A stretch of DNA of 64,000 nt from Myxococcota bacterium (GTDB lineage Bacteria; Myxococcota_A; Bradymonadia; UBA7976; UBA1532), in NCBI GenBank assembly GCA_036337435.1, contig JAYZEG010000028.1, positions 32,001-96,000 on the forward strand. Direction: 5' to 3'. The position numbers and the translations under genes were made by a program. Below the pieces are notes generated by a model, which saw nothing but the letters and a program-made list of their open reading frames with translations, was not told the origin of the DNA and ran no database searches. Each line of letters begins with the position of its first letter. Position 1 is the first letter of the stretch. Shown here piece by piece: positions 20,056 to 29,270 of this stretch.

Positions 20056-21480
20056 TTAACCGAGTAGTGAGAGCGCTGCCTGGCCGGCTTGGTTCGCCTG
20101 CGCCAAGATTGATGTACCGGCCTGTTGAAGGACCGATGAACGGGCCATGTTCGCCGATTCAGATGCGAAGTCTGCATCGAGAATCCGGCTACGGCTCGCA
20201 GACGCGTTCTCTGTGATTGAGCTAAGGTTGTTGATTGTTGATTCGAGGCGATTCTGCATCGCACCGAGTTCGCCTCGTTGCGCAGAGATTTGCTCCAGAG
20301 AGCGATCGATGATCTCGATGGCTCTATTCGCCGTATCTCTGGTCAGAACGTCCACCGTTGCGACAGATGAGTTTACCGAGTTGACACCAACAATTTGCGG
20401 ATTGTTAAATCCGACGAAACCGAGATTGGCACCGTCAACCGTAAACGCAAGGTCGCTTTCTAGGTCGAGTGTCGCCGTTGTAACGTCGGTAGAAAGGCCT
20501 GTAATGAGTTGCGCATTAGCGTCAGATGCCGATACTTCAATGTTACGGCCATCGACGGCTGTCAGTACCAAACGAAAGTCAGTATCGACGGATGCGACGA
20601 CGCCCGTTGCTGCTGAATGGGCATTGATCTGAGCAGCGAGTTCACCGTTAGAATCGTCAGCCGTGACAGCAAAACCTGTGATGATTGTGCCGTTGATTGT
20701 CACGTAACTATTTTCATTCAACGTACCAGCGGTGACATCTCCATTATTGCTGACAACGGTTGCGTTGACACGTGCAGTGACACCGGTGTGTTGAGTCGCA
20801 TCATTGATAGCTGCAGCCTTTGCGATGGCAGACCCTGTTGCAAATGATGTTGACACTCTGTCGTCGGCACTTGTCGTTTGGCGAATGGTGATGTCGTTAA
20901 TGACGACACTACCACCGGCTTTGCTCAGCGCACTCGTAGCGACGGTTCCAGTCTGCACCAGTGCCGTTCGTCCTAACGCCGTTGCACGTGCATCACTGAT
21001 TGTAATGTCAACGCGCTCTCGGGCTGCAGCCCCCACGTGTACAAAGTTTTGAATGTAGTCCCCATTCAAAATCTTATGGGAGTTAAAGGTTGTTGTATCT
21101 CCGATTCGGTTGAGCTCTTGAATCAGCTGGTCAATTTCATCGTTGATAGAACGTCGGTCGGCGTTCGTGTTCACGTCATTCGCTGCTTGTACAGACAGCT
21201 CGCGCATCCGTTGAAGAATCGCTGTGCTCTCTTGCAAAGCACCTTCGGCAGTTTGAGCTAAACTCACACCGTCGTTGGCGTTTCGGATTGCCATGTTGAG
21301 ACCTCGAATTTGGCTTGTGAAGCGCGTCGAGATTGCGAGTCCAGCAGCATCGTCAGCTGCGGAGTTAATACGTAGCCCTGAAGAAAGGCGTTGGTAGGTC
21401 GTCTTCATACCCCGACTATTGGTGGTCAGGTTGCGTTGTGCGTTAAGTGAAGACGCATTGGTCATAACAAAAAGGCCCAT
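20056..21480 (-). CDS. fliC: Flagellin paralog 5
   Basis: MGLFVMTN start at 21480, RLSSGLRINSAADDAAG, LGAMQNRL, SRILDADFA. Confidence 0.97.
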   Translation of the reverse strand: MGLFVMTNASSLNAQRNLTTNSRGMKTTYQRLSSGLRINSAADDAAGLAISTRFTSQIRGLNMAIRNANDGVSLAQTAEGALQESTAILQRMRELSVQAANDVNTNADRRSINDEIDQLIQELNRIGDTTTFNSHKILNGDYIQNFVHVGAAARERVDITISDARATALGRTALVQTGTVATSALSKAGGSVVINDITIRQTTSADDRVSTSFATGSAIAKAAAINDATQHTGVTARVNATVVSNNGDVTAGTLNENSYVTINGTIITGFAVTADDSNGELAAQINAHSAATGVVASVDTDFRLVLTAVDGRNIEVSASDANAQLITGLSTDVTTATLDLESDLAFTVDGANLGFVGFNNPQIVGVNSVNSSVATVDVLTRDTANRAIEIIDRSLEQISAQRGELGAMQNRLESTINNLSSITENASASRSRILDADFASESANMARSSVLQQAGTSILAQANQAGQAALSLLG

Positions 21481-21674
21481 AATCATCTCTCCCTGAGATT
21501 CACTGCGGTGCCATCGTGGCTGTGCAGGTCGGCATCCATGCCGTAGTTGCTTTTTGGTAGGAACGACGTGGGCTATCTGCCTCACTCATCACCTTGATGA
21601 ATCAGGCTCCCGTTTAAGCACCCCTTTCTCGCCTTCGAGAGTGAGTGCCGAGTCGCTCCTGGCGTTCACCCAAG

Positions 21675-21701
21675 ACATCGGATCGCATCTGCTCGACTTA
21701 A
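21675..21701 (-). promoter_or_regulatory. Sigma-28 promoter of flagellin 5 (possibly of a 5-4-3 operon)
   Basis: Minus strand TTAA-N15-TCCGATGT, preceded by about 280 bp of very AT-rich DNA. Confidence 0.85.
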
Positions 21702-22314
21702 GCTATTTTCTCTTATTCAGTAAAGGATGGTAATCATTGTTTTTAAACAGTAAATATATCATGTATTCCATAATGTTATGCGTTTTTAATGATGTAATAT
21801 TTACGGTTTTTTTTTACTTTTAATTATGCCAATAACTCGATTGTTAAGACAGTATTGAATTAAAGGTGATATTTAATGAATATAAATGAGTTTTTAATGA
21901 CTAGTTAATAATTAAGTTCGATAATTTTATGTAATTTTTTAGGAATAATATTTCTTGTAAGTACACATGGTTTTGTTCCATTAAACTGCGCATTGATAAT
22001 TTGTTGTGACCGCGCTGTTTTGGATGCGCTGCCAAAGTGGACGGGAGTTAGGTCGCCATCAATTGGAATGCGTCATTGTTTCAGATAGGTTGAGGGTATG
22101 ACCTCGGAGCCTGCGGCGTGTTTAATCTCTATTTTGGAGCGAGTGTTCGCCGGGTCATTTGTAGGAAACCTCGGGTCGGATGCTTTGTTGACATACTTTT
22201 GTCTGTTACGTCGTGTCGACAACGTGTCAAGGTTCCAGACAGTTCGCGTCATCTCCCTGACGATTTGGCAGAAAAACACCGGAAAAAGCGGCTGTCAGAC
22301 GCTGTCGAAAAAGT

Positions 22315-22329
22315 TGGCACACTGCTTGA
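22315..22329 (+). promoter_or_regulatory. Sigma-54 promoter candidate
   Basis: TGGCAC-ACTGC-TTGA about 40 nt upstream of ATG 22368. Confidence 0.6.
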
Positions 22330-22367
22330 ATAGGTGTTGGGTTGCACAGATGCAAGGGAGATTGCCA

Positions 22368-23378
22368 ATGCGCCATAACGCGATTAGTAGCGATGAATTT
22401 GAAGATTTACAGCGCAAAGTTGCTTGCGCTGAAGCGTGTGCGGACCCGATCAATTTCGATCAAATGTTAAATCGGGTTTGTTCTTTATTAAATAAATGGG
22501 CTCAAGCCGATGTTGTGACCCTCATTCTTCCACCGGAAGAAGAGGGACTAGAGCCAATGTTACATGTCTTTGGGCAGCAGCCGCTTTTGCCGATTTCTGA
22601 ACGGAGTGTACGCGACGATTGCGCCTCACTGCTCACGAGTCTCGAATATGCTGAGCTTCCAGGCGAGGCATTGAGATTGAGACGCGGTGCAGAATTGACT
22701 CCGATTAACGGTGTTCTGAGAGACGATTACATGTATCGCTTCTGGTGGCATGAAATGAAGCTCGATGGACAGACGGTTGGAATTGTTGCCCTGTATGGTT
22801 TTGTGGACTGGGTTTTATCGCCTCGAGTGAGGCGCCTGCTCGCCAGCCTGATGCCAATGTTAGCAGCCGGCATAAATAATGCGGCTGCCATCGAAAATCT
22901 CAGGATGCAATCAGATCGCGACGAAATGACGGGCCTGATTAATCAACGAGGGGTGTTCGACCAGCTTGACCGAGAATGTAATCGAGCATTTTCGACGGAA
23001 CGCGAACTTGCCGTACTCTTGTGCGAGATCGAAGATTTCGACGCTTTCGCTGGTACTGTTGAGGGTGCAGGAGCCCTACAGACATTCTCAGAGCTGGCAC
23101 TCAGCTTGGACAGAGGATTCGATATCGTGGGACGCATTGCGACAAATGAGTTTGTCTTCATTCTACCCGAGATCGAACCAATTGATGCCCTCAAGCTGGT
23201 GGACTCAATTACGACAAATGCAACACAGATCACGCTTGGTGGTCGACCGCTGTCCGTGTCTATTGGACACGCTCAGTATGAAGCAGGCATGTCGTCAGAC
23301 ACTTTGCTTCATAATGCCGATGAGGCACTGTTTGAAGTTCGGCGTCGGCGCGCTTTGAGCCAAAGTAGTGTCGGCTAG
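22368..23378 (+). CDS. GAF-like plus degenerate GGDEF domain protein
   Basis: DEMTGLINQR, RGFDIVGRIATNEFVFILP, LSVSIG, LLHNADEALF. AGGGAG SD precedes ATG 22368. Confidence 0.85.
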   Translation: MRHNAISSDEFEDLQRKVACAEACADPINFDQMLNRVCSLLNKWAQADVVTLILPPEEEGLEPMLHVFGQQPLLPISERSVRDDCASLLTSLEYAELPGEALRLRRGAELTPINGVLRDDYMYRFWWHEMKLDGQTVGIVALYGFVDWVLSPRVRRLLASLMPMLAAGINNAAAIENLRMQSDRDEMTGLINQRGVFDQLDRECNRAFSTERELAVLLCEIEDFDAFAGTVEGAGALQTFSELALSLDRGFDIVGRIATNEFVFILPEIEPIDALKLVDSITTNATQITLGGRPLSVSIGHAQYEAGMSSDTLLHNADEALFEVRRRRALSQSSVG

Positions 23379-23442
23379 TCAGTTTATAGGCCGACAGCAG
23401 GTACCTTGAGCCCGCAGGCATTCAATCAAATGCCTGCGAGGC

Positions 23443-23724
23443 CTAGCGCCGCTGCAGCTCTAACTCTTCTGCGTTTTCTGTCTGCGGTGCCTCGCTGCTT
23501 TGTTGGCATCGGTTTTCAGTACAGCTATACCCGACCTCGCAGTCCTTATGGCTGCGACAAACCAACGCCTCACATCGCTTGCTTGCAACGTTGCAAATGA
23601 GTGTGCCTGGACAATCGTAGTCCTCTTCACACTCACCGCACCCATGAGTAGACAGGCAGGCAATGAGCAAAATAGCCCTCCAAAACCCGCTCGGCAGTTT
23701 ATTTTCGGGTGCTATTGACACCAA
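23443..23724 (-). CDS. Small Cys-rich lipoprotein
   Basis: Hydrophobic leader plus GC, then two CxxxxDC..C..C repeats. Confidence 0.6.
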   Translation of the reverse strand: MVSIAPENKLPSGFWRAILLIACLSTHGCGECEEDYDCPGTLICNVASKRCEALVCRSHKDCEVGYSCTENRCQQSSEAPQTENAEELELQRR

Positions 23725-23914
23725 AGTCTCCAGAGAATTTTCACCGACTCGTCAGATTAATCAAGACTGTGCCTTGATTCTAAGGCAGAGGTCAAAATAG
23801 TATTTCGCAAACAGAACATGGAATACGCCGTGTCGTTATTTGTTATGGGATTGCCACATCGGTTTGTCCCATTAGTTGTTCGCGACAGCGAACTCAGCGA
23901 AAAGGAGCGCCAAG

Positions 23915-25360
23915 ATGCGCAAAATAGTGACTTCGACTGTTGTAATGGCAGCTTTCTTCATCTCCGGATGTGGGGAAGAAAGCAGCACAGGAGATGTGCG
24001 CCTGGACCAGCGGGTGATTGGTGGCGACAGTCAGACTGATGGCGGTGTCGCGAACGATGGGTCTGGTCCAGTTGGGCCGACGGAAAAGCAATTACGCCTA
24101 TCCTACATCAAGCAGGTTACGCCAAACGGGGGGGGAACGCCGCGTCTCGATTTAGTCGCGTATGATTTTGTTGACGACGAAGAAATAAACTTAACTGCTG
24201 GGCAAGGAGACGGTGGCGTCGATTGTGCAACCAGCTTATGTCGATTGAATTCAGACATGACGTGGGTCGGCTGGATCGGCACGGGCGGCTCCTTGAAGGT
24301 TGCCCCCGTGGATATTGGACAGAAGAGGATTCGAATTGAAGAAACGCGCGTTGTGGCCGAACGACTGGCACGTAATTTCGAATTCACAGAGTACGTACCT
24401 AATCCGGACACACCGGATGTCGGGGTGATCCCGCAGATTGTCTATAGCCAGGGGCAACAAATGGGCGGCACCGGAACCATCGATGTCTACACGGAGCCGG
24501 TCGCAGGCTACGATGAAGCCAACTGCGGTGACGCAAGTCCTAACTGTAAAAATTTAGCCGGAGTGATCACAACCAATGGCGGCTTTCGGGTTACATCTGA
24601 AGGGTCGTTGATCATCTTAATTGAAACCACTCTGTCGACGATGACACTTAAGTTCTTTAATATCGGTACGACCGCTCAACAAACCCTCTACACCTTTGGA
24701 GAGCAGAACCAGACTGGGTCACAATTCTCGGGTCGTCTTCCCATCGGGCTCTCTCCTGATGCGGGTTATTTAGCCGTGTTTACAAACGATTCATTCTTAT
24801 GGCGCCTCAACACATTACAGGCAGTCCCATCGCCTCCACCTCCGCAGGCAATCTCCCTGTTTGAGGGAGAAACCCATCCGGATGGTGACTGTCGCAGAAT
24901 GGGTAACCTGGCGTTCAATGAGGTGCGCTTTAACCCTGTTTTTTCTTCCGATTCAGAATGGATCTATTTTCTCGCCCACGGGCCTTGCAGCCGCCGCGGC
25001 GATCCGCCAACCAATCGCGACGATTATGACATTCTGAGAGTCAATCGATTACTGGAGGGTGATGTAGAGAATGTGACGAATAATCTCAGGGCGAGTCACT
25101 GGAGCAACCATAACATCGGTGACTTTGCGCTTTCCAAAGATGGAACAAAAATCGCATTTACCGCAGAGAGAATGAACAATGTGGGCAGTAAGGCGATTTG
25201 GGTCATCGACCCAGAAACAGGTGCTTACGATTGTACTCGGAAGGACCCGTTACCTGTGCTTGACGGCCGCGAACGATGCGAATTTATCTCGGATGACAGC
25301 ACGGGTGCTGATGCCACCTACCGCGACCTGAGGTTTCACATTGTCGACGTTCCTCGCTAA
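23915..25360 (+). CDS. Lipoprotein with TolB/PD40-like beta-propeller
   Basis: Lipobox ISGC after AAGGAG SD. PVFSSDSEWIYF and LSKDGTKIAF repeats. Confidence 0.7.
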   Translation: MRKIVTSTVVMAAFFISGCGEESSTGDVRLDQRVIGGDSQTDGGVANDGSGPVGPTEKQLRLSYIKQVTPNGGGTPRLDLVAYDFVDDEEINLTAGQGDGGVDCATSLCRLNSDMTWVGWIGTGGSLKVAPVDIGQKRIRIEETRVVAERLARNFEFTEYVPNPDTPDVGVIPQIVYSQGQQMGGTGTIDVYTEPVAGYDEANCGDASPNCKNLAGVITTNGGFRVTSEGSLIILIETTLSTMTLKFFNIGTTAQQTLYTFGEQNQTGSQFSGRLPIGLSPDAGYLAVFTNDSFLWRLNTLQAVPSPPPPQAISLFEGETHPDGDCRRMGNLAFNEVRFNPVFSSDSEWIYFLAHGPCSRRGDPPTNRDDYDILRVNRLLEGDVENVTNNLRASHWSNHNIGDFALSKDGTKIAFTAERMNNVGSKAIWVIDPETGAYDCTRKDPLPVLDGRERCEFISDDSTGADATYRDLRFHIVDVPR

Positions 25361-25789
25361 TACGCGGGAATGTACTGCAAACGGACTGCTCCCGAGGTCC
25401 GACTCAATCGAAATTGGTTGGTCGGGCGGGTGCAGTCTGGTGCAATCGATATCCGAAAGTTTGACTAGCCGTCTGGTAAGTCGTTGATCGATGGATATTT
25501 TTTAATTTCACTGCGAGCAATTTTCCACGCTTTTTGCACAATCCAAGACAAGGATCGGTCTTGCCGTGCAGCTTCAGCTTGGATTTCCTTGAGCATATCC
25601 TCAGGGAAATAAAGACTCTGTTTTCTTTTATCAGAACCGGACATTTACCTACTCCCCAAAATCTAGGGTCCGCTTATGATTGTCTGCGTGTATCGCAAAG
25701 TGTCAAGTTTGGTTACGATTACCTACTTAGACGCATGTTGTGTACAGAGGTCTTACCTGTTGAATTTACTGGTTTTTTTAGTCTTTTTT

Positions 25790-27184
25790 TTAGTTTTTTG
25801 GTGGGGGCCCACTCGAGGGCTTTAAAGTCGGTATAGGTCGCTTTGGCAAGGTTTCTTTAAATGTTCGTATGAGGCCTTTTCCCGGTTTGCCCAACTTGAT
25901 GGTGCGTTTTTTCTCGCCAAATTTAATGGTGCCAAAGGCGTTCAATTCATGAAAATCGGGTACGATGGGCGGTGAAAACGAAGCAGCACTTTGGCGCTTC
26001 TGTGTTTTTGGCCAGTCGAAGCGAAATAGATTTACTTTCCACTCATGCCCAGCAGCGATGGGATGCTTTGCACCGGGTACTTCGGATGCAGGAATCACCA
26101 TTTCGACCGTCCAAGCATTATCTTTATCGTCTCGTTGATTGAGCGTCCCGTCGACGTGGACAGCCGTCTTGAATCCCTCCATATTCCAGGCTCTTGCTGG
26201 TCCGAGCGGACTCCGGTGACGCGTAAATTTTGCGTCGAATACAACGTTTGCAGGCGTGACTTGGAGCTCGAGGTAATCTTTTTTGTCGCCATCCGCATCA
26301 ATAAACAATTCGATGACCTCTTGTTCCCATGTATTGGAATCCCGTTTGGTAAGCGTCCCCCAGACATCGTCATCGATGCTTTCTACAGCGACGTAAAGGT
26401 TGTCTTTATCCCACGCAAACTTGGCTCGAGTTTTGGGGGCTCCAATCTTTTTTCCACTTGGATGTCGCCACCAAGCCGTCCAACGAGCTCGTTTCCAAAC
26501 AGGTTCCTCGAGCTTGCCATCAAGGCGAATGCCTTCTACATCCGACATTTTTGCAGCCCTTGCCACAGGTTTAGGCTTTGGTTTGGCCCCGATCACGCTC
26601 AGTTCTGCGACGATAACACGGCCTTCACGATCTTGTTTAGCCGACCCGATGCTTGACACCTTCAGTCTATGATTTCCACGAAATAGTCCCCAATAGATAG
26701 AGGCTTTACCCGATGGGAAGCCTGCCTTTACAACAACCTTTTGGATATCCTTTACGACTTGACCCTTTTTTAGCTTTCTTAAGGGCAGCAAGCCTTCGAT
26801 GGGGTGATGGTCTAAGTTCATCCATGCGTTTCGATTGCCGCGCTTCCCTTGGAAGTGCACGAACATGTTGTTGTCGGCCATTTGGTCAGCCAGTGCTTCT
26901 AAATAATAGGTTACTGTGAAGCTCTCACCCACTTTAACGCTTGCTTTATCAAGGTCGTACCCGATCAGTTTAAGCTGGTCTTCAATGATGACATCTAAGC
27001 GATGCTGTGGATTGGGCGCGTCGACCAGTATGTGTTCATCCACCTTTTTCTGCTGGGCGGGTGTGAGGGCGAATTCTGCGTGTTCTTGACAGGAAATCGC
27101 ACACATAACGGTACATAAAAACATCAAAACTACATGCACATGCTTCATCTTATATTTGCCTACTTTGGGTGTTCTTGGCGCCAC
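25790..27184 (-). CDS. Lipoprotein with CBM9/DOMON-like sugar-binding domain
   Basis: LDGKLEEPVW, FAWDKDNLYVA, ELFIDADGD..YLELQVTP, WTVEMVIP, WKVNLFR. Confidence 0.8.
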   Translation of the reverse strand: MAPRTPKVGKYKMKHVHVVLMFLCTVMCAISCQEHAEFALTPAQQKKVDEHILVDAPNPQHRLDVIIEDQLKLIGYDLDKASVKVGESFTVTYYLEALADQMADNNMFVHFQGKRGNRNAWMNLDHHPIEGLLPLRKLKKGQVVKDIQKVVVKAGFPSGKASIYWGLFRGNHRLKVSSIGSAKQDREGRVIVAELSVIGAKPKPKPVARAAKMSDVEGIRLDGKLEEPVWKRARWTAWWRHPSGKKIGAPKTRAKFAWDKDNLYVAVESIDDDVWGTLTKRDSNTWEQEVIELFIDADGDKKDYLELQVTPANVVFDAKFTRHRSPLGPARAWNMEGFKTAVHVDGTLNQRDDKDNAWTVEMVIPASEVPGAKHPIAAGHEWKVNLFRFDWPKTQKRQSAASFSPPIVPDFHELNAFGTIKFGEKKRTIKLGKPGKGLIRTFKETLPKRPIPTLKPSSGPPPKN

Positions 27185-27207
27185 TCTCGCTCAAAATGAG
27201 ATGCGCT

Positions 27208-27873
27208 TCAAGGGGTGCTTGGAGCCGTCGGGTCAAAACGGCCGCGTCTTGAAAATACGAGTTCTACGCTCTTATCGGTCTGGTCCGTTCTGATTTGGAC
27301 CGCATAGTCGATGAGGGACCATATTCTCCCGACCTTTTCCTTCTTCTTTTCAAGAGCCTTCCCCTTGCCCAACTTCTTAGATGCAACTTCAATTAACGCA
27401 TCTCTTCGCTCTTTGACGGCGTAAGCTGGGTGTAGGGTCGCAACGATTGTTTCGACATGGGTTTGCTCTTTGTTCAGCTGAAAATGAATCATTTTGAATT
27501 CGGGTGATGGATTCATCGCGACCAACCAACGAGACGAGTACGAGGATGGTCGAACACCTTTCCTAGCCTTGAGTGCCTTGAGTGTTGTCCCTGGTTCGGC
27601 GAGTAGGTTGTTTGGCGGTTTTGGTAAGCTTTTAAGCATGTCATAAGGTGACAAGGGCGCGGCAAGCGTGGTGCTTGAATCAACAGCCTTTGCAACGCTG
27701 GCGTCCTTGTTCGCCACCTCTTCGACTTTTTTTTCGTCCTTGGAACACCCGGCAGGTAGCCAGCAAAACACCAGGATGAGTAGACTCGAGACAATTCTCT
27801 TACCAGCCCCATTGAAAAGACGTTCACCCATCTCTATGCTCCAAACGCAGATAATAAAACCCCAGGTTTTCAT
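27208..27873 (-). CDS. Hypothetical lipoprotein
   Basis: Hydrophobic stretch ending PAGC. Start uncertain. Confidence 0.6.
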   Translation of the reverse strand: MKTWGFIICVWSIEMGERLFNGAGKRIVSSLLILVFCWLPAGCSKDEKKVEEVANKDASVAKAVDSSTTLAAPLSPYDMLKSLPKPPNNLLAEPGTTLKALKARKGVRPSSYSSRWLVAMNPSPEFKMIHFQLNKEQTHVETIVATLHPAYAVKERRDALIEVASKKLGKGKALEKKKEKVGRIWSLIDYAVQIRTDQTDKSVELVFSRRGRFDPTAPSTP

Positions 27874-27890
27874 ACGACAAAGGATTTTTC

Positions 27891-29270
27891 ATGTGGTCGC
27901 GTGACCTAATTTATCACTTTATTGGCATTGGTGGCATTGGCGTCAGTGCCGTCGCTCGTGTCCTTCACCAACAGGGCGTTAGGGTACAGGGTTCGGACGT
28001 GCGTGCAAGTCAATTAACCGAGGCTCTCGAGCAACTGGGCATTTCGGTTACCATTGGTCACAGCGCGGCTAATATCGACGGTGCAGATGTCGTCGTTCAC
28101 TCGACCGCCGTTCCATTCGATAATGTCGAACGTCAGGCAGCTCGCGATGCGGGTATTCCGGAAGCGCACCGCTCTGAAATGTTGGGCCTATGCATGCAAG
28201 GAAGTCGAGCCGTCGGAGTGACTGGTACGCATGGTAAGGGTACGGTGTCGGCTATGATCACCCATTCGCTTGTAAAGGCTGGATTAGACCCGACTTTTAT
28301 TATCGGCGGGTTATTGAACAACTATCGGTTGAATGCCCAAAATGGCACCCAGCCCTTTGCTGTTGCGGAGGTGGATGAAAGTGATCGAAGTCATTTGAAT
28401 TTGCGCCCAGAGATTGTCGTTGTGAACAACTTAGAGGTCGACCATCTCAATTTCTATGATGGGCTGGGTGATATCATTGAGACGATGGCGACTTTCATCA
28501 ATCAGAATGAGTCATTGACGGGCCTTGCACTCAATTGGGATGACCAAGGTGTCCGACGTCTCGCTGGCAAGATTGACGTACCATTCATCAAATATGGTAC
28601 GTCCGGCGACAATCTCGATTACAAAGTCGACAACATCGTGGACTACGGAAATGAGGTGGCGTTTACCGCGTACCGTCGATCGGAAGAACTGGGCCGGATT
28701 TGCCTCCCAATCCCAGGCAATTACAATGCTGACAATGCCGCGGGTGCAATCTCTGTTCTGCTCGAATATCTCGACCAACCATTTGAAAAAATTGCAGCGG
28801 CTCTCAACACCTACAAAGGCCTTGAGAATCGGTTCACCGTCGACCGCTCGAGCGGCATAACAATTGTGAAAGATTATATTTCGCATCCGACAGGCATGCG
28901 CCGTGTCCTTGAAAGTGCGAAAAAAATGGAACACAACAAGATTTGGTGTGTATTCAAACCGTATCGGTTCACGCTCATGAAATATCACGGTTATGAGTAC
29001 GGTGATGCATTGAGCACTGCCGATGAAATTGTCATTACACGCATGTATGCGGCCGAAGAACGGCCGCTTGATGGGATTGATACACCCTGGTTCTGCGACG
29101 TTCTGCGTCAGGCGAACAATGTGGTTAATTATGTGCCCGAAAATCATGACGTGGTGCCCTTTTTGACGGGCACAGTAAAAGATGGAGATATGGTCATTTT
29201 TTTTGGGGGTGATGACTTTTTCAGGATGGCTGACCAATGGGTCAACGATAGAAATTGTTCGAATCAGTGA
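27891..29270 (+). CDS. murC: UDP-N-acetylmuramate--L-alanine ligase
   Basis: HFIGIGGIGVSAVA, GTHGKGT, EVDESD, NLEVDHL. Confidence 0.9.
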   Translation: MWSRDLIYHFIGIGGIGVSAVARVLHQQGVRVQGSDVRASQLTEALEQLGISVTIGHSAANIDGADVVVHSTAVPFDNVERQAARDAGIPEAHRSEMLGLCMQGSRAVGVTGTHGKGTVSAMITHSLVKAGLDPTFIIGGLLNNYRLNAQNGTQPFAVAEVDESDRSHLNLRPEIVVVNNLEVDHLNFYDGLGDIIETMATFINQNESLTGLALNWDDQGVRRLAGKIDVPFIKYGTSGDNLDYKVDNIVDYGNEVAFTAYRRSEELGRICLPIPGNYNADNAAGAISVLLEYLDQPFEKIAAALNTYKGLENRFTVDRSSGITIVKDYISHPTGMRRVLESAKKMEHNKIWCVFKPYRFTLMKYHGYEYGDALSTADEIVITRMYAAEERPLDGIDTPWFCDVLRQANNVVNYVPENHDVVPFLTGTVKDGDMVIFFGGDDFFRMADQWVNDRNCSNQ

